NCBI GenBank assembly: GCA_964627655.1
Contig: CAZVJZ010000001.1
Coordinates: forward strand, 1-41,675
DNA length: 41,675 nt
Direction: 5' to 3'
DNA from: an uncultured Candidatus Bathyarchaeia archaeon
GTDB taxonomy: Archaea > Thermoproteota > Bathyarchaeia > Bathyarchaeales > B24-2
Of this stretch, positions 25,282-34,764 are shown piece after piece. Numbering within the stretch: the first letter of the stretch is position 1; each line of letters starts with the position of its first letter. The notes beneath the pieces were generated by a model. It had not been told where the DNA came from and did not search any database. It saw only the letters and a program-made list of their open reading frames with translations. The translations under genes were made by a program, and so were the position numbers.

Positions 25282-26006
25282 ATCAACCTCTCTATGTTAC
25301 CCGATAATATGAGATTTAAATCGTCTTTCTCGAGGTCTAGTTTACGCAGCTTCTCCAGCTCGACTTTAGGGAAGTTATAGAAAGGTTCAGGTGTCCCGCT
25401 GACGTCGGAGCCGAAGATCACCCTCTCCGGGCCAACTGCGTTTAGAAATTCTTTTACGACGTTTAACGGTGCGGTACTTGTATCGAAATATACATTGCTC
25501 ATATCGAAGAACTCCCGCATTCTCTCATATCCACCGTTAAGCTTACCCATATGGGGGATAATTATGTTGATATCTGAGTTATCGTGAATGAACTTTCTCG
25601 TCTCATGAAATTCCTCCTCCAAGAGCACCGGCATACCTAGGTCTCTAACGACCTTTAAGAAACGTCTGCATTTAGGGTCCTCATAGTCATACCTAGGTTC
25701 GTCGTAATGTCTATGCCACTTCACGCCTAGATATTCGTCGATTTCATCTGGGATAATGTAATCGTTCCAGACGAAGTAGAAGGGGTAAATGTTTTCAGGA
25801 TTTCTTCTAGAAACTTCTAGTACGTATTCGTTAGCCTCTAAACGTGAGTTCACGTCGTTCTTTATTCTATAAATATCCTCGGGGAAAGCGAAGACCACTG
25901 CTCCGTCGACTCCAGCCTCCCTTAAATCCCTCCAGAGCTCCCTCTCGCTATAGTACTTGGTTTCTCTATTACGCCCTAGATGCACATGTGCGTCGATTAT
26001 CCTCAC
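25269..26006 (-). CDS. Amidohydrolase-2 (PF04909-like) metal-dependent hydrolase, third copy in the window
   Basis: MRIIDAHVHLG (HxH), IIIPHMG, and FGSDVSG (Asp ligand). The 3' end overlaps the presenilin-like gene by 13 nt in convergent orientation. Confidence 0.7.
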   Translation of the reverse strand: MRIIDAHVHLGRNRETKYYSERELWRDLREAGVDGAVVFAFPEDIYRIKNDVNSRLEANEYVLEVSRRNPENIYPFYFVWNDYIIPDEIDEYLGVKWHRHYDEPRYDYEDPKCRRFLKVVRDLGMPVLLEEEFHETRKFIHDNSDINIIIPHMGKLNGGYERMREFFDMSNVYFDTSTAPLNVVKEFLNAVGPERVIFGSDVSGTPEPFYNFPKVELEKLRKLDLEKDDLNLILSGNIERLIHRL

Positions 26007-26121
26007 TTAGACAAGACAACCTCCTTTTACTGCTAGGTTTATTGAAGCAAGTTTTAAAAACTTTAACCGAACTTCCAAAAACGATTTATTTGTTTCCCAC
26101 GATTATCATTAGAATCGAGGC

Positions 26122-27588
26122 GTGGATCAAGAGATTATGGAAGAAACAGAACTTAAGAGGGAGATAGGGCTTTTTCATGCCGTGATAATCGGACTGAACG
26201 GGGCTATAGGGATAGGAGTCTTCCTGCTACTAGACTATGCAACCCTCCTCGCAGGCCCAGCGGTCGTGGTCTCCCTCCTTCTCTGCGGTCTATTAACCTT
26301 CTTCACCATGCTGAGCTACTGCGAGCTCGGGACTATGCTACCCGAGATAGGGGGAGAATACACGTTTGCGCGTATCGCCTTCGGCGGAGTTCTAGCTTTC
26401 GTCACGGGCTGGCTTGTACTGATAAGCAACGTGTTGAACGCTGCTTTAGGCTCGATAGGTTTCGCTTATTTCCTCTCGAACTTCATTAAAGTAGACGTAC
26501 ATCTAACGGCTCTCCTGATAGTCTTCTTAGTGACAGTCATCGTGCTACGGGGCATGAAGATAGCTGAAGCCATGATGGTATACGTTTTCATCGCCATATT
26601 CACAGTTTTCATCTTAGCAGGCTTCCTTCATGGGTTAGAGTGCAACTTGATCTCGGGCTTCTCCCTTCACGGTTTAGGCGGAGTCCTGTCCGCGATGGTC
26701 TTCACCTACAACATGTTCTTCGGCCTTAAAGCCATAATCGCGAGCGCCCCCCAGATAAAGAAGCCTGAAAAGACGATCCCCAGAGCTATCTTTCTAACGA
26801 CGGGGATACTCACAGCTACTTACTCTCTGATAGCCTATGTTGCGGTAGGAGTTTCTGGCGGACTCTACGTCGTCCCAGGAACCTTACTAACGAATGCTGC
26901 GACGATTCTGCTGGGTGAGGCTGGAAGGGCAATGATGATCATAGCTGGGCTCTTCGCTTCACTAATGACGCTCAGTACGGCGCTGTCTGTCCAGGCAAGC
27001 GTAATAACGGCGTTGAGTAGAGACGGGTATCTGCCGGACTCCTTCATGTCTGTGCATAAACGTTTCGGCACACACTATAAATCCATTCTGTTCGGTTCGG
27101 TGATGACGGCTATCTTCGCCTCTACGGGTATGGTGGAAGTTATAGGTTACGCTTCGAGCTTTGCAGCTTTACTAGCCTTCGTTTTAGTGAATGTATCGTT
27201 AATAAAGCTCAGGATGGATAAGCCGTTTTTAAAGAGGCCATTCAAAATCTTTCTCTATCCTTTTACACCGATACTCGGTATAATCGTGGCTTTTGCCCTT
27301 CTCCTTATAGTTGAGCGTTTTTCGGCGGCCGTCGGGATGAGTTTAGTGGCTGTCGGCCTGATAGTCTATTATGTGCGTATGATAGGGTACAAGCGCTTCA
27401 GGATAGCGATCGGAGGAGCAAACGTAGGGATCGGCCTCTTAACACTTCTTATAAGATACTTTTTCGAAGATAGAATAACCGCTATATTCAAGTCTCAAGA
27501 TCTTGCCTTATGGTTTCTGAACGGGTTAACGGCTGCCGCTCTACTGTGCCTATTCGCAGGTTTACTCAACGTCTTCTCTAGAGAATAA
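26122..27588 (+). CDS. APC-superfamily amino acid permease
   Basis: About 12 or more hydrophobic helices. The N-terminal LFHAVIIGLNGAIGIGVF...YCELGTMLPEIGGEYTF is the typical APC TM1/TM2 signature. ATG 26137 is an alternative start. Confidence 0.8.
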   Translation: MDQEIMEETELKREIGLFHAVIIGLNGAIGIGVFLLLDYATLLAGPAVVVSLLLCGLLTFFTMLSYCELGTMLPEIGGEYTFARIAFGGVLAFVTGWLVLISNVLNAALGSIGFAYFLSNFIKVDVHLTALLIVFLVTVIVLRGMKIAEAMMVYVFIAIFTVFILAGFLHGLECNLISGFSLHGLGGVLSAMVFTYNMFFGLKAIIASAPQIKKPEKTIPRAIFLTTGILTATYSLIAYVAVGVSGGLYVVPGTLLTNAATILLGEAGRAMMIIAGLFASLMTLSTALSVQASVITALSRDGYLPDSFMSVHKRFGTHYKSILFGSVMTAIFASTGMVEVIGYASSFAALLAFVLVNVSLIKLRMDKPFLKRPFKIFLYPFTPILGIIVAFALLLIVERFSAAVGMSLVAVGLIVYYVRMIGYKRFRIAIGGANVGIGLLTLLIRYFFEDRITAIFKSQDLALWFLNGLTAAALLCLFAGLLNVFSRE

Positions 27589-27593
27589 ATCGG

Positions 27594-27827
27594 TTAAATC
27601 TTATATTTCAGCCACTGCAAGAGGAGGAATACGGCGTTAGCTATCATGATTAACCCTATGAAGGTTAGGATAACGAAGTAGAAGGTTATGCTCTCCTCAG
27701 ACAGGTTGAATAGAGAACGGAGATTCAGCAAGTTAAAGTATAGCGAGTATGAGAGAAGTATAACCGAAAACCCTACTAAAGTTTGGAGGATCCCCATTAG
27801 GGGATAAACCTTTCTCTTTAAAGCCAT
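27594..27827 (-). CDS. Small hypothetical membrane protein (two helices)
   Basis: 77-aa ORF with two clear hydrophobic segments (ILQTLVGFSVILLSYSLYF and FYFVILTFIGLIMIANAVFLLL). It has no homolog that I recognise. Confidence 0.4.
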   Translation of the reverse strand: MALKRKVYPLMGILQTLVGFSVILLSYSLYFNLLNLRSLFNLSEESITFYFVILTFIGLIMIANAVFLLLQWLKYKI

Positions 27828-27956
27828 AACCGATACCCCCTCTCCTCCTTATAAACGATTTCCCCTAAGCCATCTTAAAACTTATTAGCTGAAAAACTTT
27901 TCCACGGTTTAACGTTTATAACGCCTGGTAAACATGAGGTAGCTGAGGGAGAAAGT

Positions 27957-29240
27957 TTGCCTAGTCAAGGAGTATTCGAAAACGTTATGGATGAAGTCGA
28001 ATCCTCTGAGCCTGAGCTAATCGACCTCTGCTCAAAGCTCGTTCAGATACCGACTGTTTCTCCACCGGGAGAATCTAGGGAGCTGGCTAAACTCATCGAG
28101 TCGTACTTCAGAAGCCTTGGAGTCTCGGTCCATATCTACGAGAAGACTGAGAGAAAAAGTAACGTCTGCGCCGAGCTTCCAGGCGGGAGGAATGGGAAGA
28201 TAATCTGGTTAGGCCACGTGGACACGGTTCCTCCCGGAGATCCTTCAAGCTGGAGGCATGACCCCTACGGAGGGGAAGTCGTCGACGGCAGAATCTATGG
28301 CCGAGGATCCTCAGACACTAAAGGTGCCGTGGCAGCCGCCATGATAGCGGCTAAAGTCTTAAGTAAACTTCCAAAGGATGAGAGGTGTTCGGTGGAGTTC
28401 TGGTTCACCACCTGCGAGGAGATAGGGGCCAGAGAGGGGGCTAGATGGCTTGCTGAGGAAGGAAAGTTCAGTGGAGACATATGCATAGTTGGGGATTCAG
28501 AAGGATATCTGCCTGAAGATCCTGTAATTGACTTGGGATGCAAAGGCATCTTACGCGTGAAGCTTAAGGCTAAAGGTCTCGCAGCTCACGGGAGCGTACC
28601 GTTTCTAGGCGAAAACGCCGTAGAGAAGCTTATAGAGGTCTGGAGGCATACTAGGAGGATAAGCGACTTTAAACTCGATGTGCCGGAAACCTTAGAGCCT
28701 GTCTTCGAGTCTAGTATAGACCTTTTCGAGAGGAGGATGAAGCTAACCGAGGCTCAAAAGGCTAGTCTGCGTAGACTTTATCACTTCCCGACCGTAAGCT
28801 TGAACGTAATTAGGGGAGGAATAAAAGCGAACGTCGTGCCAGATTATGCCGAAGCACATCTGGACATAAGGGTTACCCCTGGGGCAAACATAAACGCTGT
28901 TAGAGACCACGTTCTAAAACTCGTGAAGGAGTCTGGAGTAAAAGGAGTAGAAGCCGAAGTTTACTCACTCAGGGAAGGCATATACGAGGATCCTGAGTCC
29001 CCATACGTGAAGAGCCTCTCTGAGGCCGTCAGGAGGGTTACAGGCTTCTCTCCTACGCTTAGGATATTAACCGGCGGTACAGATGGTATACACGTTAAAC
29101 AGATTTCGGGGATACCATGTTTGGGTCTTGCTCCGGGGGTTCATGGAACCGCACATACGATCGATGAGTACGTGACGATAGAGAACTTAACGTCTGTGGC
29201 GAAGGTCTACGCCGTCTACCCCCTAATCTTCAGGCCTTAA
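27957..29240 (+). CDS. M20-family metallopeptidase (ArgE/DapE/carboxypeptidase G2-like deacylase)
   Basis: WLGHVDTVPPGD, YGRGSSDTKG, and TTCEEIG (catalytic/metal Glu-Glu-like block), plus a dimerisation-domain insert. TTG start with the GAGGGAG SD upstream. Confidence 0.85.
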   Translation: MPSQGVFENVMDEVESSEPELIDLCSKLVQIPTVSPPGESRELAKLIESYFRSLGVSVHIYEKTERKSNVCAELPGGRNGKIIWLGHVDTVPPGDPSSWRHDPYGGEVVDGRIYGRGSSDTKGAVAAAMIAAKVLSKLPKDERCSVEFWFTTCEEIGAREGARWLAEEGKFSGDICIVGDSEGYLPEDPVIDLGCKGILRVKLKAKGLAAHGSVPFLGENAVEKLIEVWRHTRRISDFKLDVPETLEPVFESSIDLFERRMKLTEAQKASLRRLYHFPTVSLNVIRGGIKANVVPDYAEAHLDIRVTPGANINAVRDHVLKLVKESGVKGVEAEVYSLREGIYEDPESPYVKSLSEAVRRVTGFSPTLRILTGGTDGIHVKQISGIPCLGLAPGVHGTAHTIDEYVTIENLTSVAKVYAVYPLIFRP

Positions 29241-29314
29241 CAATTTCGGTATATAAGGCTTAATAGCATATTTCCTCTATTTTTTAATAGACTTCTCTCC
29301 GGTGTTGAGAAGGG

Positions 29315-31432
29315 TTGGCTGAAGGAAAAATCTCTCTAGTCAAGAAGCGTGACGGTCGGCTAGTCAGATTCGAGCAGGACAGAATCACGAACGCCATTCT
29401 TAAAGCGTTAAAAGCTGTTAAGCATGGAAACGGTGAACTAGCGAAGAAACTTTCAGACCGGGTCGTCGAAATCTTGGAGGAACGATTCGCCGGCAGGATA
29501 CCTGGGGTTGAGGACATTCAAGACGTCGTCGAGAACGTCTTGATCGAAGGCGGCTACTCAGAGGTAGCTAAAGCCTACATCCTATACAGGAACAGGAGAA
29601 CACAGATCAGAGAGACAAAGAAGATCATGGGCGTCATGGACGACCTGAAACTCACGATCAACGCCATCCGAGTCCTAGAGAGGAGATATCTCCTCAAGGA
29701 CATAGAGGGAAACGTCGTCGAAACCCCTTCCCAGATGTTCAGGAGAGTAGCGAAAGCCATAGCTTCGGCAGACAAGATCTACGACTCGACAGCAGACCTC
29801 AAGAGCGTGGAGGAAGCCTTCTATCGGGTTATGGCTAACCTAGAGTTCATACCGAATTCTCCCACGCTTATGAACGCCGGAACAGAGATAGGTCAGCTTT
29901 CAGCCTGCTTCGTGATTCCTGTGGAGGATTCGATCGAAGGGATCTTCGACGCCTTAAAGACCATGGCCATCATCCATAAGTCGGGTGGTGGGACAGGTTT
30001 CTCGTTCTCTAGGCTGAGGCCTAAGGGCGATATAGTCATGTCGACGAAGGGTGTGGCAAGCGGGCCTGTGTCATTCATGCGGATCTTCGACGTCACGACC
30101 GACGTTATAAAGCAGGGTGGTCGGAGGAGAGGCGCGAACATGGGCATACTCTCCGTGTATCACCCGGACATAATAGAGTTCATAACAGCCAAGGAGAGAG
30201 AGGGGGTACTCAGAAACTTCAACATCTCTGTCGCCGTCACAGACGAGTTCATGAAAGCGGTTCAGGAAGACGATTATTACGAGCTGATAAATCCACGCAC
30301 GAATAAGCCGGAGGGGAAGCTAAGGGCCAGAGACGTCTTCGATCTCATAGTTAGCTCCGCCTGGAGAACGGGCGATCCGGGGCTAATCTTCCTCGACGAG
30401 ATCAACAGGCATAACCCGACACCCGAGCTAGGCATGATCGAGAGCACGAACCCCTGCGGAGAGGTTCCGCTTCTACCTTACGAGTCTTGTAACCTAGGCT
30501 CGATAAACCTTTCACGCATGGTTAAGCCTGACGGAAGCGGATTCGACTGGGATAAGCTTAGAGAAACAGTTAGGGTGGCTGTACACTTCTTGGACAACGT
30601 GATAGACGTGAACAAGTATCCTCTACCAGAAATCAAAAGGATGACACGTCTGACGAGGAAGATAGGTTTGGGGGTTATGGGTTTCGCCGAGGCCTTGATT
30701 AAACTCGGCATCCCATACGACTCTGAGGAAGCCGTAAAAACGGCCGAGGAGCTCATGAAGTTCATCGAGGACGAAGCCGTAAAGAAGTCTGTGGAGCTAG
30801 CCGACCTCAGAGGGTCTTTCCCAAGCTTTAAGGGAAGCAAGTGGGATAAACTCGGCTACTCTAGGATTCGTAACGCAACCTTAACCTCGATAGCTCCCAC
30901 AGGCACTATAAGTATAATAGCCGGCACCTCAAGCGGCATCGAACCCCTATTCGCAGTATCCTTCGTACGGAACGTTATGGGCACCCAGCTATTCGAGGTG
31001 AACAGCCTCTTCGAGAAGATAGCTAAAGAGAGAGGATTCTATAGCGTAGAGTTGATGAGGAAGATCGCCCGGACAGGCTCTGTCCAAGGATTAAGCGAAG
31101 TGCCTGAGGACGTCCGCAGGCTGTTCGTTACGGCACTCGACATCTCTCCGGAGTGGCATGTAAGGATGCAGGCCGCCTTCCAGAAGTACGTCGATAACGC
31201 GGTCTCGAAGACCGTGAACCTACCCTACGAAGCGACCATAGAGGACGTTAGGAGGATTTACCTGCTGGCCTATAAGCTTAAATGTAAGGGGATAACGGTC
31301 TTCCGTTACGGAAGCAGGAAGGAGCAGGTGCTGGTTTTAAGTCATCCCTCGATTAAAGGAGTGACAGAGCCATTTATAAGGGTGGATTCAGAGTTCTCCG
31401 GTATATGTCCGTCAGGAGAGTGCCCCTATTAG
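29315..31432 (+). CDS. nrdJ: Adenosylcobalamin-dependent (class II) ribonucleotide reductase with an N-terminal ATP-cone
   Basis: ATP-cone VKKRDGRLVRFEQDRITNAILKA; SACFV; GPVSFMRIFDVTTDVIKQGGRRRGANMGIL..HPDIIEFI; active site STNPCGEVPL; C-terminal redox pair CPSGEC. No intein insertions are present. TTG start. Confidence 0.9.
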   Translation: MAEGKISLVKKRDGRLVRFEQDRITNAILKALKAVKHGNGELAKKLSDRVVEILEERFAGRIPGVEDIQDVVENVLIEGGYSEVAKAYILYRNRRTQIRETKKIMGVMDDLKLTINAIRVLERRYLLKDIEGNVVETPSQMFRRVAKAIASADKIYDSTADLKSVEEAFYRVMANLEFIPNSPTLMNAGTEIGQLSACFVIPVEDSIEGIFDALKTMAIIHKSGGGTGFSFSRLRPKGDIVMSTKGVASGPVSFMRIFDVTTDVIKQGGRRRGANMGILSVYHPDIIEFITAKEREGVLRNFNISVAVTDEFMKAVQEDDYYELINPRTNKPEGKLRARDVFDLIVSSAWRTGDPGLIFLDEINRHNPTPELGMIESTNPCGEVPLLPYESCNLGSINLSRMVKPDGSGFDWDKLRETVRVAVHFLDNVIDVNKYPLPEIKRMTRLTRKIGLGVMGFAEALIKLGIPYDSEEAVKTAEELMKFIEDEAVKKSVELADLRGSFPSFKGSKWDKLGYSRIRNATLTSIAPTGTISIIAGTSSGIEPLFAVSFVRNVMGTQLFEVNSLFEKIAKERGFYSVELMRKIARTGSVQGLSEVPEDVRRLFVTALDISPEWHVRMQAAFQKYVDNAVSKTVNLPYEATIEDVRRIYLLAYKLKCKGITVFRYGSRKEQVLVLSHPSIKGVTEPFIRVDSEFSGICPSGECPY

Positions 31433-31968
31433 ACAGAGACGACGGTAAACGGAGAGGCTTCATCCACCTTTATATGGGAGAGGGGGAAGGAAAGACCTTA
31501 GCCGCCATAGGGGCAGCCGTAAGAGCTATAGGCCACGGATACAAGGTCATAATAGTCCAGTTTATGAAGGGACGTAAGGATATAGGTGAATACAAGATAA
31601 GGGAGAGGCTTGCCCCTGAATATGAAATACACCAGTTCGGCCGCGAAGTCTTTATAGACCTGAGGAAGCCTGACCCTATAGACTATGAGCTGGCTAGGGA
31701 AGGCTTAAAGTTTGCTAGAGAAGCTCTACGCAGGAAACCTAAACTACTCATCTTAGATGAGGTGAGCTTAGCAGCGGCTGTCGGCTTAGTCGACGTAGAC
31801 GACGTTCTAGACTTGCTTAGAGAGGTTCCACCCTCGACTGTCGTGATACTCACCGGGAGGAGGGCTCCTAGGGAATTCATAGAGATAGCGGACTTAGTCT
31901 CGGAAGTCAGAGAAGTGAAGCATCCGATGAGAGCTGGAGTTAAAGCTAGGAAGGGCATAGAATACTAA
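31405..31968 (+). CDS. cobO: ATP:cob(I)alamin adenosyltransferase (CobA/CobO/BtuR type)
   Basis: GFIHLYMGEGEGKTLAAIGAAVRAIGHGYKVIIVQFMKG (P-loop-like block of the CobA family), LLILDE, ILTGR, and HPMRAGVKARKGIEY. It overlaps the nrdJ 3' end by 28 nt. Confidence 0.85.
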   Translation: MSVRRVPLLDRDDGKRRGFIHLYMGEGEGKTLAAIGAAVRAIGHGYKVIIVQFMKGRKDIGEYKIRERLAPEYEIHQFGREVFIDLRKPDPIDYELAREGLKFAREALRRKPKLLILDEVSLAAAVGLVDVDDVLDLLREVPPSTVVILTGRRAPREFIEIADLVSEVREVKHPMRAGVKARKGIEY

Positions 31969-31984
31969 GAAGTTTTAGCTTTAA

Positions 31985-32374
31985 CTATCTAACTTTCGGT
32001 CTAAACGCTAGCAGCCCCTCTTTTGTCCATGCTTCCAGGTCTCCCTCGACGGGTAAGCCTACGGAAACTCCTTCAGGAGAGCAGTGAGTAAGCCTAGCCG
32101 TTATTCTCGGCCCTTCCTCTAGCTTCACGACCGCAAGCGGGTAAGGCGCCCCCGACTTAAACTTGCTGGGCGCAACATGGATCACCGTGAAGGCTTCTAT
32201 GATCCCTCTACCTTTAAGCTCGGTCCATTCTAAGTTTCTGCTGCCACAGCCCTTGCAGACCGGTCTAGGAGGCAATGTTACCTCACCGCAGTCGAGGCAC
32301 CTCACCCCCATAAGCCGACCCTCCCTAAGGAAGGTGAAGAAATCTTTTACCGTGAAGGAAGGTTCCCCGGTCAA
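31985..32374 (-). CDS. DUF35 OB-fold / zinc-ribbon protein, the scaffold partner of archaeal thiolase
   Basis: Rubredoxin-like ribbon CLDCGEVTLPPRPVCKGCGS followed by an OB-fold segment (GRGIIEAFTVIH...YPLAVVKLEEGPRITARL). It starts 6 nt after the thiolase stop. Confidence 0.8.
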   Translation of the reverse strand: MTGEPSFTVKDFFTFLREGRLMGVRCLDCGEVTLPPRPVCKGCGSRNLEWTELKGRGIIEAFTVIHVAPSKFKSGAPYPLAVVKLEEGPRITARLTHCSPEGVSVGLPVEGDLEAWTKEGLLAFRPKVR

Positions 32375-32380
32375 CCAGCT

Positions 32381-33616
32381 TCACCTCCCATACACTTGAA
32401 CTATGACTGTGCCTCCAGAAGCTCCTACGTTATGGATTAAAGCTCTAGCTGCATCGTCCACCTGTCGTTTCCCAGCTTCTCCACGGAGCTGCTTCCAGAC
32501 CTCATAGACCATGCCGACGCCTGTAGCTCCGACCGGGTGGCCTTTAGCCTTTAACCCGCCGTCGGTGTTTATGGGTTTAGCTCCGTCGACTGCTGTAACA
32601 CCTTCCTCGGCCGCTTTTCCACCTTCACCCCTCTTAAAGAAGCCTAGATCCTCGGTCGCTATGATCTCGGCTATGGTGAAGCAGTCGTGTACAAGGGCTA
32701 GGTCCACGTCTTCAGGCGTTATCCCAGCCATCTTGTAGGCCATCCTCCCAGCTTCGACCGTAGCCCTTATCGAGGTTAAGTCCTCCCTGCTATGTAACGC
32801 CATGGTGTCCGAGGCTTGACCGACACCCTCCACATAGACTGGTGTATCCGTCCATTCTCTCGCCTTCTCGGCGCTAGCTAAGATGACGGCGGCTGCTCCG
32901 TCCGATATCGGGCAGCAGTCGAAGAGGCGTAACGGGTAGGCTACTACAAAGTTCAGCGGGGACTTAAGGAAGTCGAATTCGTCTTTGAATTTCATACCCC
33001 TCTTCTCACCTAGCTTGTTCGCTAGCTCGAGCACCTCCAACTGGAAGTGGGCTTTAGGGTTAAGTTTACCGTTACGGTGGTTCTTGATGGCTACAGAGGC
33101 TAGCCACTCATACCTCTCACCATACCTCGAGAAGTAGGCTGAAGCCATCTCGGCATAGATCCCCGGGAAAGTCATCCCTAGGGAAGCCTCGTAAACGTTG
33201 TCTGAAGCCATGGCTAAAGCATCCGTAACCTCCTCTGTAGACAGGTTCGTCATCTTCTCTACACCGCCTACCATCACGACGTCGAAGAGTCCTGAAGCTA
33301 CGGCCATGACTCCGACCTGCAGGGCTGCCCCTCCGCTTGCACATGCACTCTCAACCCTAGTCGCCGGCTTCGGACACAGTCCTAACCAGTCGGCGAGGAG
33401 GGGGGCTAAGTGGCACTGATGCTCGAAGACGTCTGAAGAGAAGTTCCCGACGTAGAGCGCCTCCACATCCTTGAGTTCAAGGCCTCTATCTACAGATTCT
33501 ACGGCTTCTACGGCGGCTTCAACAAACAGTTCTCTACTGGTCTTTCCGGCATGAACCTTATTATGAAACCTAGTCATCCCGGCGCCTATAACAGCAACTT
33601 TACGTTTCAAAGTCAA
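32381..33616 (-). CDS. Thiolase (acetyl-CoA C-acetyltransferase, archaeal SCP-x-like type)
   Basis: VAVIGAGMTRF, catalytic Cys block VESACASGGAAL, GHPVGATG, and NVGASGG. Confidence 0.9.
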   Translation of the reverse strand: MTLKRKVAVIGAGMTRFHNKVHAGKTSRELFVEAAVEAVESVDRGLELKDVEALYVGNFSSDVFEHQCHLAPLLADWLGLCPKPATRVESACASGGAALQVGVMAVASGLFDVVMVGGVEKMTNLSTEEVTDALAMASDNVYEASLGMTFPGIYAEMASAYFSRYGERYEWLASVAIKNHRNGKLNPKAHFQLEVLELANKLGEKRGMKFKDEFDFLKSPLNFVVAYPLRLFDCCPISDGAAAVILASAEKAREWTDTPVYVEGVGQASDTMALHSREDLTSIRATVEAGRMAYKMAGITPEDVDLALVHDCFTIAEIIATEDLGFFKRGEGGKAAEEGVTAVDGAKPINTDGGLKAKGHPVGATGVGMVYEVWKQLRGEAGKRQVDDAARALIHNVGASGGTVIVQVYGR

Positions 33617-33696
33617 TCCGTCGGCCTCCAGTAGGAGGTCTTTATCTCGACTGGAGCCTAAAAGCTTTTAGGTTCCCTAGGAACGATCGGGCTCAA

Positions 33697-34635
33697 CTAG
33701 CCTTTTCCCTTCAGTCTCTGTAGCAGCTTACAGGCTTTACAGATCCTGCCTGAAGTAGGCTCCCCGCATACTTCACATTCGTTCAGTTCAACCTCTCCTA
33801 GACTAGCTTCGAGAAGTCTCACGAGCCTCTGCGATGAATGGAAGATCGTGTATTTGATTCCAGGATGCTTGACCTCCCACCGGTTTAGCGTTTGCCGGAC
33901 GTCGTTCCTTAAGGCTTCGCCTGCATATGGGCATGGACTGCTCTGAAATTCTATCTTGTTCAGATACGCCCACAGTGTGGTCTCCTTCTCAGGGACTAGG
34001 CATAAAGGCTTAACCCTCTGAACGAACTTTGGGTGTCTAACCTTAACCGAAGGCGTCACCCTGAGAAGCCTGAGGACATCCCCATGTATCAGGTTGAGGA
34101 TAGCTGTCTGAGCTTCGTCGTCGAGGTTATGGGCTAAAGCCAGCTTATCTACCCCCATCTCTCTGGCCGCCAAGTTTAGGGCTTTACGCCTAAAAACTCC
34201 GCAGTAAGCGCAGGGTGTGAGGCCGCCTCCTGAGCCTCTTAAAGCCTGCACCATCTCATCTAGGGTGTATCCGTAGAGATCCTTAAAAGAGAATATCCTA
34301 TGTGGTATACCGAGCTTTTTGCAAGCATCCCGTGCTATCCTCAAAGCTTCGTCCCTGTAGTCTTTTATTCCCTCGTCTATGGAGATCGCCACGACCTCAG
34401 AGTTAGGGAACCTCTCCTCGATCTCGCTTAGTATGTGGAGGAGAACTAAGCTGTCTTTACCTCCAGAGAGAGCTACCCCTATCCGATCGTCAGGCTCAAA
34501 CATCTTGTAGGTCGAGATCGCCACTCGGACTTTTCTACGCACAGAGTCTATAAAGCATCTCTTACATAGACGTTCACCTGAATAGGCCCTGAAGTATATA
34601 GCTTCACGCTCCCCGCAGACGCTGCACTTCGACAA
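33697..34635 (-). CDS. ttuA: TtuA/NcsA-family [4Fe-4S] PP-loop tRNA 2-thiouridine synthetase
   Basis: N-terminal zinc finger CSVCGE...CKRC, PP-loop SGGKDS, FeS cysteines PCAYCG and CPY, GHNLDDE-type block AHNLDDEAQ, and a C-terminal zinc finger CEVCGE...CKACK. It is colinear with the remembered P. horikoshii TtuA. Confidence 0.85.
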   Translation of the reverse strand: MSKCSVCGEREAIYFRAYSGERLCKRCFIDSVRRKVRVAISTYKMFEPDDRIGVALSGGKDSLVLLHILSEIEERFPNSEVVAISIDEGIKDYRDEALRIARDACKKLGIPHRIFSFKDLYGYTLDEMVQALRGSGGGLTPCAYCGVFRRKALNLAAREMGVDKLALAHNLDDEAQTAILNLIHGDVLRLLRVTPSVKVRHPKFVQRVKPLCLVPEKETTLWAYLNKIEFQSSPCPYAGEALRNDVRQTLNRWEVKHPGIKYTIFHSSQRLVRLLEASLGEVELNECEVCGEPTSGRICKACKLLQRLKGKG

Positions 34636-34764
34636 AGCTTCCCCTTCCTAAAACCGTTTTAGAACAGGTCAGCCCTTGCATGTTATAGGGCAGAGGATCA
34701 TTTTAAATGGTCTGCTGCGTTTTAGGTGTTAAGCGATCGTCTTACGGTTTACCGGTGAAGTCTC

